Of a DNA stretch of 64,000 bases, positions 52,975 to 64,000 are shown one piece after another. The notes under the pieces are model-generated. The model worked only from the letters and a program-made list of their open reading frames with translations, was not told where the DNA came from and made no database searches. This DNA is from Octopus sinensis. Lineage: Eukaryota. The translations under genes and the position numbers were made by a program. Every line of letters begins with the position of its first letter. Position 1 is the stretch's first letter. The DNA is taken from the NCBI RefSeq assembly GCF_006345805.1, contig NC_043004.1:66402001-66466000 (forward strand), in the 5' to 3' direction.

Positions 52975-54308
52975 AGTGAAACTATAAAGGATGTCGGAGA
53001 GAAAGGATATAAGTACTTGAAAGAGATAAGATGAATGAACGCAAGATGAAAGAAAATTACAGGAAAGAGTATTTGAAGGGAACTCGGCTTGTGCTCCTAC
53101 TGAAGCTAAATGGGCGCTATAAGATTAGAACAATTAACACGTGGACAGCTGCATTGATGAGCTATGGGAGCAAGGATAGTATCTTGGAAGAGTTATGAAT
53201 TACAAGAGAGAGACCAGAGAACACGTAAATTAATGACAATGAACAAAGAACTACACCCCAAGGGTGATGTGTCAAGATTATATGTAAAGAGAAAAGAAGA
53301 AGAACGGAGATCAGTGTGTTCTGAAGGTTGTGTAAGGGAACAGGAGAACAGCCTGGCTTGGTATATCAAAGGGAGTAAAGAAGAAATGTTTGAAGCAGTG
53401 AAAATGCAGGGAACATTAAAAGTAAAAGAAGCCGTAGATCCAGCACAATTTAAGACAGACCAAAGAGAGCAAATGAAGAAGATTTGGCAAGAGAAGGAAA
53501 TGTACAGTCTGTTCCTGAAGAATAAAAATGAGATTGATTTCAAAAGATCCTGGCAGTGACTGCAGAAAGGAGAATTGAAAGAGCCCACTTAGTCATTAGT
53601 GTGCAGCTCTCAAGAGAAAGCTCTCAGAACAAACTATTCCAAATATCACATTGATAAAGGCACTGACTCGCCACAGAAGGGAGAAAGTATAAACCATATT
53701 ATTAGTGAGTGTTAAAAGCTCGCACAACGCGAATATAAAACGAGACACGACAATGTGTCCAGACATATTCATTGGTTTGTGCGGTAAAGCAAACCTCGAA
53801 AGAGCCGAACAATGGTACGAACACAAGCCAGATGGAGTAATGAAAAACGAACATTACAAAATACTCTGAGACCAAGTCATAGAGGCTGGACGATAAGATA
53901 TCGTGCTCATCCATAAAGACGAAAAAAACTAAAGACAATAGATGTTGCAATACCAGACAATACGAGGGTGAAATGTAAGGAAACAGAAAGGATTGAGAAA
54001 TACCAGCCACTGCAGAACAAGGTAGGAAAGTCACGGCGCAGGAGGAAACAAATGGTAATACAGGTGTTAATTTGAGCATTAGGATCATTTTCCAAGGGCT
54101 TTGAAAATTATATTAAGAATACTGGTGCGGCTGTCTGGCTCGAGGTGATTCGGAAGACAGCATTGTTGTGCACAGCTCACATTCTAAGGAGAGCATTGTC
54201 TCTTTGAGTCACAGAGGAAGGCTATACTTGAAACATTTCGGTATTTGTTATTGCCTGTTTTCAATTAAAGAATAACCGGTAATTAAGAAATATCCGATAG
54301 CTTTTCAG
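52975..54308 (+). mobile_element. R4/Dong-like non-LTR retrotransposon 3' part (restriction-like endonuclease type), degenerate
   Basis: GYKYL, KLNGRYKIRTINTW, KELHPKGDVSRLYVKRKE, CAAQEKALRTNY, ESINHIISEC..LAQREYKTRHDNV, DIVL...IDVAIP and EKYQ. TAA/CAA arrays on both flanks. Confidence 0.8.
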
Positions 54309-54417
54309 AATAACAACAACAACAATGGCAATACAACAATAAAAACAACAACTATAATGATAACAACGATAACAATAATAATAATAACAAAAACAACAAT
54401 AATAATAATAACAATAA

Positions 54418-54634
54418 TGGTTTCAAAGTTTTCCACGAGGTCAGCAATTTTGGGGGAGCTGGACAGTCGATTCCATCGCCCCTCCCAATATTTGATTGAT
54501 GCTTAATTTATCGACCGCGAAACGATGAAAGCCAAAGTCGATCTCGGTGGAATTTGAACAAAGAACGTGGCGGCAGACGAAGCACCGCTAAACATTTCCC
54601 TCAGAATTCTAACGATTATGCCAACTCCCCACCT
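54418..54634 (-). mobile_element. SINE with (ATT)n tail
   Basis: Reverse complement of the 51612 family. Its 3' end ...tttgaaaccattattgttatt runs into the array at 54310-54417. Confidence 0.72.
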
Positions 54635-54642
54635 TAATAATA

Positions 54643-54720
<78 letters not shown>
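54635..54720. repeat. (TAA)n microsatellite
   Basis: Direct reading. Confidence 0.97.
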
Positions 54721-54721
<1 letters not shown>

Positions 54722-55430
54722 TCGTTATATATAGACAAATCAGTTCTAACAGAAGTGAAAGCTAGAAAGAAAAATGTAACAATAGCATGGATAAATTATT
54801 GGAAAGCCTATGATATGATCCCATAATCATTCAGTATAGCAGACAACATAAGGGAGTTAATTAGAAATGGAATTAAAATGGAAGAAATGGAAAATGGAAG
54901 TGAAACATGGCTCTGGTTGGAGAAAGAAAAATTGAAAATGGAAGCAGAAAGTGTGCTAATAGCTTCACAAGATCAGGCATTGAGGACTAATTGGATGCAA
55001 GCAGAGATAGACGAAAGCCAAATAAATTCCCACTGTAGATTATACAAATCAAAAAAGTAAAGCGTTACTCATATAGTAAGTGAATATAGAATGCTTGCAC
55101 AGAAAGATTACCAAAAAAGATATGACACTCTAGGGAGAGCAATTTACTGGGAGTTTGTAGAAAGCTAGGATTTGAACATACTGATAAATGGTATGAACAC
55201 GATCACCAGTAAAATACTAGAATGTAAGTGATAAAAGATGCTATGGGACTTTAATATTTAGAATGACAGAGTAATAGAAGCTAGAATGACTGATTTCGTA
55301 GTAGCAGATAAAGAGAATTGAAAGTGACGGATAATTGAATTTTCAGTCCCAAATGATGAAAAACTTAAAATGAGAAGTATAGAAAAATAGCAAAGTACCA
55401 GGACCTGGCTATTGAATTACAGAGACTTAG
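54720..55430 (+). mobile_element. Second R4/Dong-like element, internally deleted
   Basis: IDKSVLTEVKARKKNVTIAWINYWKAYDMIP (RT motif) joined almost directly to ESVLIASQDQALRTNW...HCRL...HIVSE...LAQKDY, LWDFNI and EKYQDLAIEL. Confidence 0.72.
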
Positions 55431-55519
55431 CCTATCCTTGAAATTGTTACACTAGATATTAATAGATTCAATAATATCTCGGCAAAAATTTTCTCCTGAA
55501 TTATTTGCTCCGTATTAAA

Positions 55520-55588
<69 letters not shown>

Positions 55589-55626
55589 ATCTATCTATCT
55601 AAATATATATATATATATACATATGC

Positions 55627-55721
<95 letters not shown>

Positions 55722-55759
55722 TGTGTGTGCATTTACATATGAACATAAGTTTATATAAA

Positions 55760-56075
55760 TATACATTATTTACATTATTTACCTTTGACCGCTATTTCTT
55801 CTCATCTCATTTGTTGTTAACACAAAGCCTCCGCTGGTTTACCCTCCAACCTCCATCAGGTGTCTTCGGTAAATTTCAAACCTGGGTTCTCATTCTTAAG
55901 ATATTTTTCGAACATAGGTTTGAAATTTCCCCAAGACACCTGATGAAAAAAGCTGGTGGGTATAACAGACGAAACGTTGTGCTAACAACAAACAAGATGA
56001 GGACATATATCAGACAAATGTAAATAATATATATAATGTACATAATTCCTCATCTCTTAAATATAGAACTGTATA
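55760..56075. mobile_element. Head-to-head inverted pair of a Penelope-type terminal unit
   Basis: catcaggtgtctt...aaatttcaaacct (55855-55883) pairs with aggtttgaaatttccccaagacacctgatg (55916-55945). Outer ctcatct..ttgttgttaac pairs with taacaacaaacaagatgag. Confidence 0.7.
55937..55981 (+). ncRNA. Minimal hammerhead-like fold, partly decayed
   Basis: cac-CUGAUGA-aaaagcug-gugggunuaa-cagac-GAAAC-GUU-gug style layout (sequence cacctgatgaaaaaagctggtgggtataacagacgaaacgttgtg). Stem I is cac/gtg; stem II is reduced to ctg/cag. Confidence 0.5.
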
Positions 56076-56579
56076 TATAAATATATATTTATGAATCTCG
56101 GCGTGCATATTTGCATATTTACTTAGGAATGTACGGTAAGAGGATCTAGTAGTAATGAGATTGCACAGTGACTTATGAGTCTCGGCTTTGTCCCTCAATG
56201 TTGTTTCACCATTGTGTTACATCTTAGATATCATTAAGGCAGATTTCTCGCATAATGTCCGCGGGTATATTGCCCTGAAAAAAGTTGTCTCTCTCGATTT
56301 GGAATCTTTGCATTGACTTCCGGCCAAATGCAAGGGGCATAAAGTCCTGACAAATGCAAAAGGTATAACCATACTATGTGTGAGTATCTCGATAAGGAAG
56401 AAGATGAGGAAATACGACCTCGATAATATCGACAAGAGATTTCAAAGTTCATTGACAATATTTGTTTGAAGACTACGTCATTCTGCAACGAAAGATTTCT
56501 GACAGAGGAACCTTAATATCATCTATTAAGATGGCCATGATCATACATTTCAATGTAAAAATTTTAAGGTATATATATG

Positions 56580-56677
<98 letters not shown>

Positions 56678-56824
56678 TATATATAGCTGTTAACATTAAA
56701 TTATATGCTGATGTACATCTAGTCATATAATATATATATGTGTGCGTAATACGCAGGTACAGATACACACATATACACATAAAAGTCTTTATATATATAT
56801 ATATATAATATATATATAATATAT

Positions 56825-56870
<46 letters not shown>

Positions 56871-58382
56871 CTTATTTATATATGTATATAAATATATATA
56901 TATATAGATATATATATATATAGATATATATATGCGTGTGTTTGTGTGTATGTATATATTTATGTTAGGCACATGTGTATATCTGGTATATTTTTAGATA
57001 CGTATACGTTTTCTTCAGGAGTATAAGTTGAGATGGCGTAGTTATCAACCTATCAAGTAGAAAAAATATTATACACACATTAATGTACCCATTTGCTCAA
57101 CTTTTAGTTATGGTTAAAATCATTCGTTCGGAATAAAATTGAAATACGTTTCTCAAATACGAAACGAAAAACATAATAAAGAACTAAAATGGTAAGTAAA
57201 ACGAACATTTTCTATCGGAATTTAGGAAGAAATTCACTTGACCAATATACTCTTTAAAATTTTCATTCTTCAAAGTGCATCATGTTGAAAAATATATATA
57301 ATTTGTGATGAAGTAACTTTTCCATGAATATTAACACTATATTGACTTTAAATAAAGTCTGATTTTTCACAAGAGAATGCTCTTCTCGTAACGTCTCACA
57401 AAACATATATAAAATAATATAAAAATCGTATTTTCAAAAAGAATGATATAAATAAAAGTAAAAACGTAAGAAAAAAAATAACAATATATTTAACACAGCC
57501 ACTAAATACATTTAAAAGCCTGCATCTCAACTAAAGAAACACGTTTCTAAACATAATACATTAAAAGTAATCTTTAGATATAACGAAAACTATATTGCCA
57601 TCTCAAGCGTAAATATAGGGTAAGTGAGTTTGTGTAGAGAGATTACTATTTTAAAATAAGCTTTAAATTATTTGTTAAGAACGAATACATACATACATAG
57701 ATACATACGTGCATACATATATATATACACAAACGTACATACATACTTCTGTATAAACATTTGTGTGTGTGTAAGCGCGTGGACGTGTGTGTGCATGCGT
57801 CTGTGTGTGTGCGTGCGAGTGTGAATGTGTGTATGTATATTCTTTCGTACATAGACGTATAAATAGAGTTTAAAGAATGTGAAATGATATTCGCAGTAAA
57901 ACTACCAAATATAACTTTCGTACAGGAGAAACATTAGTATTTGAGGTGTGGTTGAAATGCGTACAAAAATAAAGAGGATAGTAGATTAAACCTTAATCCC
58001 AATATCAGCGTTTTAGTTATTTATATACATCTATCTCTCTATCTATACACACATACATACACAGGTACACACCCATATAGTTATATATACTTTCGAATAC
58101 ATATTTTTTATTTTGTACGTTCCACTTGCAACGCAACTCAGTAAATAATATACTGTTAAAAATAAACTTACTATATTTGAAAATAGTTATTATATTCACC
58201 TCATATTATTTTCCCTCTCTTTCTCTCTCCCTCTCCTCCCTATGTCTATGAAGGAAAGACAGCATATAAAGAAATAATAAAATTTCACGTCATCACTGTG
58301 GATGAACGGCGAAATAATCTCACCAGGAAATGAGTTCTTAGACACATACACGTATCTATCTATGTGCATATATGTATATACA

Positions 58383-58420
<38 letters not shown>

Positions 58421-58874
58421 CGTACTTGATTGGTGGATGAATTGTTTATAAATATTAAAACAAAATCTTACTAAACGGTGATATTCTAATCTCTCACGCT
58501 ATTTTCCAGTATTCTTTCTAATACCTCGGAGGTAAAGTGATTTAAAAATTTATGAATTAATAATCATTTGATATTGTTTCAAAGCAAACTTTAAGTAAAC
58601 ATAAAACATACATATTTATAAAAATATATCCTTAATTTCCCTCTTTTAGATTTAGGCATCTAAAACTTTTTGTTCAATATTTTTCGGAATATTTTCTTGA
58701 ATAATACTCATCAGAAATATTTTAACGAGGTCCCGTTAGCAAAATATTAAGGAAAGTAAGTATTAAAGAAGTAACTATCAAAAAAGTTTTAATTCTGTCT
58801 TATCTTCAAAACAACAAAAACTCATGAAATGCAGGCATGATTGTATGTATATGTACATATGTATATATGTATGA

Positions 58875-59030
<156 letters not shown>

Positions 59031-59424
59031 ATTCCTCTGTCTCTCTGTATACGTATATGTATAGGCAAATATGCATCGTATATGTACGTTATATATAGTT
59101 CAGTATGGTGGAGATATTCTCCCTTTAAATATTTACATTACATATAAAATATATTAACTGAACAATTACCCAGATGCCTACACGCAGCTACATACACATT
59201 GATATACTACACCCCAAACCCTTAATACACATGAACTCGAGGGCCCATATTTGAATAACCTGTATTGGACATATGATCTTGCAATCTAGATCAATGTATG
59301 CATGTATATATATATACATATATATATATATCTGTATATGTATACATCTGTATATATGTATGTGTATATATATGTGTACGTGTATGTGTATATGTGTATA
59401 TATGTGTATATATATATATGTATG

Positions 59425-59473
<49 letters not shown>

Positions 59474-59862
59474 CTGTATTTATATGTACATATGTGTCGA
59501 GATATACATATGTCAACATCATTATCGGTGAGCATTTGCGCTTATTATAGCCGTATGTATATATTAATGTGATTTTGTGTATACGTGTAGACGGACATGT
59601 GCTTATATAAGTATATGCATACATATATGTATGCGTATGTGTGTGTACGTGTATATGTATGTATATATACGCGTGTATACATGAGTTCCTATACATCTCG
59701 ATCTCTCTCTCTCCCTATGTATATATATATATAAATGTATATATATATATATATGTATGTATGTATTTGTCTATTCGTATGCGTATGTGCGCGTATCTAG
59801 TTGTATGTATATACCTATATACGTGGATGTGCATGTGTGAGCGTGTATATATATATATATAT

Positions 59863-59893
<31 letters not shown>

Positions 59894-60365
59894 TTATATG
59901 TGTATCTATATATGTGTGCGTCTAATTACGAATACAAAAAAATCATGTAAGTATTATCTTCCTTTCAACTTCTACTTCCTTTTCTTTCTCTTAACAGTTA
60001 CAACAGTGTTGGCTCATTACGTCATTTTCTCTACACTAGAATGTACAATTTTTACGTTCATATTTGAACATGTCGCATTTCAATTTCTCTCTCTTATACA
60101 TATAGCAGTACGTAAAAGCTTATCAGAAAATGTCTAGCGAGACTTTATTTTTCCTTTTGTTTATTTACCCGAAGATACCCCGAACGTTTCGAAACATGTA
60201 TCGTACCAAATAAAATCTTTTACTCATTCTATCCATCTAATTATTAATACCGTTACCTCAACCGCCTCTACGAAGCTCGTACAATAAATCTAATCTACGA
60301 ATATATATGTATATATATAATGTATATATATTATATATGTATATATATATATATATTATATATAT

Positions 60366-60453
<88 letters not shown>

Positions 60454-60489
60454 AAATACAAACATGGCACAAGAACGCACGCAAATCAT

Positions 60490-60800
60490 CCAGACAGTTA
60501 GGTGATGCAAAAAAGGGACAACAAAACATCCACATAGGAGATACAAGGAAACAATGACGAGTCATTCTGAGTTTTCATTCGTCAGTCGAGTACCAGATGA
60601 TCTTTGCAATTTTATCTGGTTATATATTGCTCCAATGTGGCCATCCCCAAAGAGAAAATAAGTTAAGCGCATTATATTAATTGGAAGAAAGCAGTAGATG
60701 TATACGAAAACAAGGACGGAAACAAAAAACGGAGAAATGTTAAACGAATACAAATGCAGTTAGCAGGACATAACAACAGGTGTCTTTCGACTAAGGACGA
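60490..60800 (-). mobile_element. Unclassified repeat, copy 2 of the 45545-45950 family
   Basis: The reverse complement aligns by eye to 45640-45910. Lies between (TA)n tracts. Confidence 0.65.
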
Positions 60801-60801
60801 A

Positions 60802-60852
<51 letters not shown>

Positions 60853-61026
60853 CATACATAGAGTGAGAGAGTGAAATAGAGGGATGAATAGATATATGAT
60901 GAAATATACATGTATACATCTAGGTCAATAAAATACATGCATATCAAATATTGTTGATAGAAACAATTTTCCCCAACCCTAAAACTTCAAGCCTAGTGCT
61001 TACAGCAATGAGAGCTTATTATTACA

Positions 61027-61220
61027 GGCGGTGACCTGACAGAATGGTCAGCACGTCGGGAAACCTGCTTAGCAGCATTTCATCCGCCTTTAGAACCTGA
61101 GTTCCAATTACGCTGAGGTCGACTTTGCACATTAATCCTTTCGGGGTCAATAATTTAAGGACTTGTGAAACACTGGGGCTGATGTAATCGACTATTTCCC
61201 CACCGAAAATTTCAGATTTT
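61027..61220 (+). mobile_element. SINE with (ATT)-type tail
   Basis: ggcggtgacctgacagaatgg...ctgagttccaattacgctgaggtcgactttgc...ggggctgatgtaatcgact...aaatttcag, then the triplet array. Confidence 0.7.
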
Positions 61221-61221
61221 T

Positions 61222-61497
61222 ATTATCATCACCATCATCATCATCATCATCATATCATCATCATCATCATCATCACCATCACCATCATCACCACCACCAT
61301 CAAGACCACCACAACCACCACTACCACCACCACCACCATCAACATCATCATCATCATCATCATCATCATTATTATTATTATTATTATTATGATGATGATG
61401 ATGATGATGATTTTTATTATCATTATTATTATTATTTGTATTACTATTATTATTATTATTATTACTATTACTATTATTATTACTATTACTATTACTA

Positions 61498-61539
<42 letters not shown>

Positions 61540-61610
61540 CACCATCACCACCACCATCATCATCATCATCATCGTCGTTATCATCAGCATCATCATCATC
61601 ATCATCATCA

Positions 61611-61642
<32 letters not shown>

Positions 61643-61660
61643 GTTATTATTATTATTATT
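61222..61660. repeat. Compound triplet array (CAT)(CAC)(TAT)(GAT)(TAC)
   Basis: Direct reading. Confidence 0.95.
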
Positions 61661-64000
61661 CAGTAGTTTTATTTTTATAGTGTGCTTTCACTTCACTACC
61701 GAGCGCAGCTCTGTGTGCCTTGGGTATGTGCTGTGATTTGTTGTGATGCTCTGATGGTTATTGTATGGTAAGCGTGCTGCGTAGGATGTGTACAGTGCCT
61801 AGTAGTGCAATTTTCTGTATGTTATATGTGTTTGTAAGTCCTGGTGTTTTTGTTATGTATTTGTCTGAATATTTTTTTATCATGCCTAATGCACCTACTA
61901 TCATAGGAATTGTTTCTGGTTACCTCTTTTTCCAGGTCTTTGTATTTTGAAAGTTTCTCCATTTCTTTTAGAGGCACGTTGTCATCTGCCGCTATTGATA
62001 CATCAATGAGAAAGCATTTTTTTCTTCATGATCTCTGACAACTATATCTGGTCTGTTGGCCTTAATTTCTCTATCTGTGTGTATCGGCATATCCCAGAGT
62101 ATGGTTGCTTTCTCGCTTTCTGTGACCTTTTCTGGTGTGTGCCTATACCATCTTTTTTCTGTTGTTATTCCATAATGTTGGCATAGCTTCCAATGTATGT
62201 AGGTTCCAACTCTGTCATGTCTGTGAATATATTCCTTCTTAGCCAGGACTGGGCAGCTAGAGATAATATGATTTATTGTTTCTTGTCCATCTCCACATAT
62301 TCTGCAGTTACTTGTTATATTTCTATTCATTACATGTTTTTGGTAATTTCTGGTGGGGAGTCTGGTCTTGTGCTGCAATTAAAAATCCCTCTATCTCTGC
62401 TTTGAGTCCTGAGCTTCTCAACCATTGCTGGGATTTTTCTTTGTCTATTTCTTTTGCATTTAGCTTAGTCCAGTATTTACCATGAAGGGGCTTTTCTTGC
62501 CATCGTTTTATCATGGTCCTTTGCTGTTCTAGTTTTAGTTTGGATTTCATTTGTTTTATAGCTTTTGTTGTTTCTTCATCTAATTTCTTCTTCTTCTTCT
62601 TCTTCTTTTCTTCTTCTTCTTCTTCTTCTTCTTCTTCTTCTTCTTCTTCTTCTTCTTCTTCTTCTTCTTCTTCTTCTTCTTCTTCTTTTTCCTCATATTT
62701 GTTAGGTGGTATGATTTCTTGTTTGTATTTATCCTTAAATACTGAGAACAGTTTTTTGTTTTGCTCGTGTTTTGCCGCTATTTGTATCAGTTCATCCTTC
62801 CTTCTGAAGTAGATATTTTTGCAGTCTTATGGTGGTTATTTTATAGTAGTTTTCCTGTTGTATAAGGCCTCTACCACCTTCTATACGTTGTATATATAGT
62901 CTTTCTATGTCATATTTTGGGTGATGCATCATAGATCCTGTCAGTATTTTTCTTGATTTCCTATCTATTTTGGTCAGTTCATTTAGTGTCCAGTTAAGGA
63001 CATTGTAGCTGTAACTTATAACTGGGACAGCTAAAGCGTTAATACCTATTATCTTGTTTTTAGCATTGAGCTGTGTTTTTAGTATTGATCTAACTCGTCT
63101 ATAATATTCTTTTTTTTACTTTCTCCTTCATTTGTGTGTGTTGTGTCTTATCAAGTTCATGGATTCCTAAGTATTGGTAAGTTTGGCTTTGGTCTAATTC
63201 TTTTATTTCATTGGTTTTATCTAGTGTGATGTTGCTACTCTTAACTAGTTTTCCTCTTTTCATGGTTACTTTGGCGCATTTTTCTAATCCAAATTTCCTC
63301 TCTATTTCTTTGGTAAATCCATGAAGTGTCTTTAATAGTGTTTCCAGCTGTTTGTCATTTGCAGCGTATAATTTTAGGTCATCCATATATAAAAGGTGGC
63401 TGATCGTTTTGCCGTGACATTTATATCCGCATCCAGTACTATTTAGCATATCAGATAGAGGTGGCAGTGCCAAGCAGAAAAGGAGTGGAGAGAGCGTGTC
63501 TCCCGGGAATATTGCTCTTCTAATGGGGATGGCTTTGGTTTTCATGAGTCCCTCTTTTGTTTGGAGGAGTAGCACTGTTTGCTATTTATTCATAGAGTGT
63601 CCTATGAATTTTATAATTGTTGGTGCTACTTTGTTAATGGCTAGTGTTTCGAGGATCCATGCGTGGGGGATGCTATCAAACGCCTTTTTGTAGTCGATCC
63701 AAGCCATACTGAGGCCTTTCTTCTTTCTGTGGCTGTCTTCAGTTATGGCTTTATTAATCATTAGTTGATCTTTACAGCCATTTGAGCCTTTGCGGCATCC
63801 TTTCCTTTCTTCTGGAAACAGGTTCTTTTCGTCTAGGTGCTTGTTCAACCTTTGTGATATCATTGCATTAAATGCCTTGTACATTGTAGGGAGACATGTT
63901 ATTGGTCTGTAGTTTTCTGGCTTTGCTGTCTCATTTGATTTGGGAATTAAGATGGTTTTCCCCTTCGTGAGAGCCATTCAGGCATTGTCTCTGGCTCTGC
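61661..64000 (-). mobile_element. R4/Dong-like non-LTR retrotransposon (RT, CCHC, restriction-like endonuclease), runs off the window end
   Basis: ENYRPITCLPTMYK, AWIDYKKAFDSIPH, GDTLSPLLFCLAL, HLLYMDDLKLYA, YQYLG, CRICGDGQETINHIISSC, RHDRV and RPDIVV. 3' end runs into (TAA)n. A few stops and frameshifts. Confidence 0.9.
62586..62686. repeat. (TTC)n expansion inside the R4/Dong-like ORF
   Basis: About 100 bp of near-pure TTC between PPNKYEEK and ETTKAIKQMKSKLK on the minus strand. Confidence 0.95.

Noticed and set aside
56257-56300. CPRVYC peptide reminiscent of casein kinase II beta
   Set aside because: A six-residue match preceded by a stop, with no flanking similarity.
60165-60205. ccgaaga...gaaacatgta hammerhead-like motif
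   Set aside because: No convincing stem I or stem II.

Overview
AT-rich metazoan DNA made almost entirely of microsatellites and transposon copies. The repeat mix (tRNA-headed SINEs with internal (TA)n, Penelope-like elements, RTE, CR1, L1/Tx1 and R4/Dong-type LINEs, Helitrons, mariner MITEs) looks like an octopus/cephalopod intergenic or intronic region; that assignment is inference. No host protein-coding exon, rRNA, true tRNA or CRISPR array could be supported. Most ORFs in the track are translations of simple repeats. Main signals: (1) a Penelope-like retroelement at 35811-39062 (-) whose RT plus GIY-YIG ORF becomes continuous (about 840 codons) after five single-base insertions, with two long low-complexity linkers and a hammerhead-ribozyme fold with an extended stem II in its 3' repeat; (2) a related subfamily copy at 11088-11822 with inverted terminal repeats, each carrying a covarying hammerhead fold; (3) several more small hammerhead-like units next to (TA)n, one family with a fixed non-canonical core; (4) a SINE whose 3' tail matches the 3' end of a CR1-like LINE in the same window; (5) R4/Dong-like LINEs in TAA-type arrays, twice tail-to-tail with an (ATT)n-tailed SINE.
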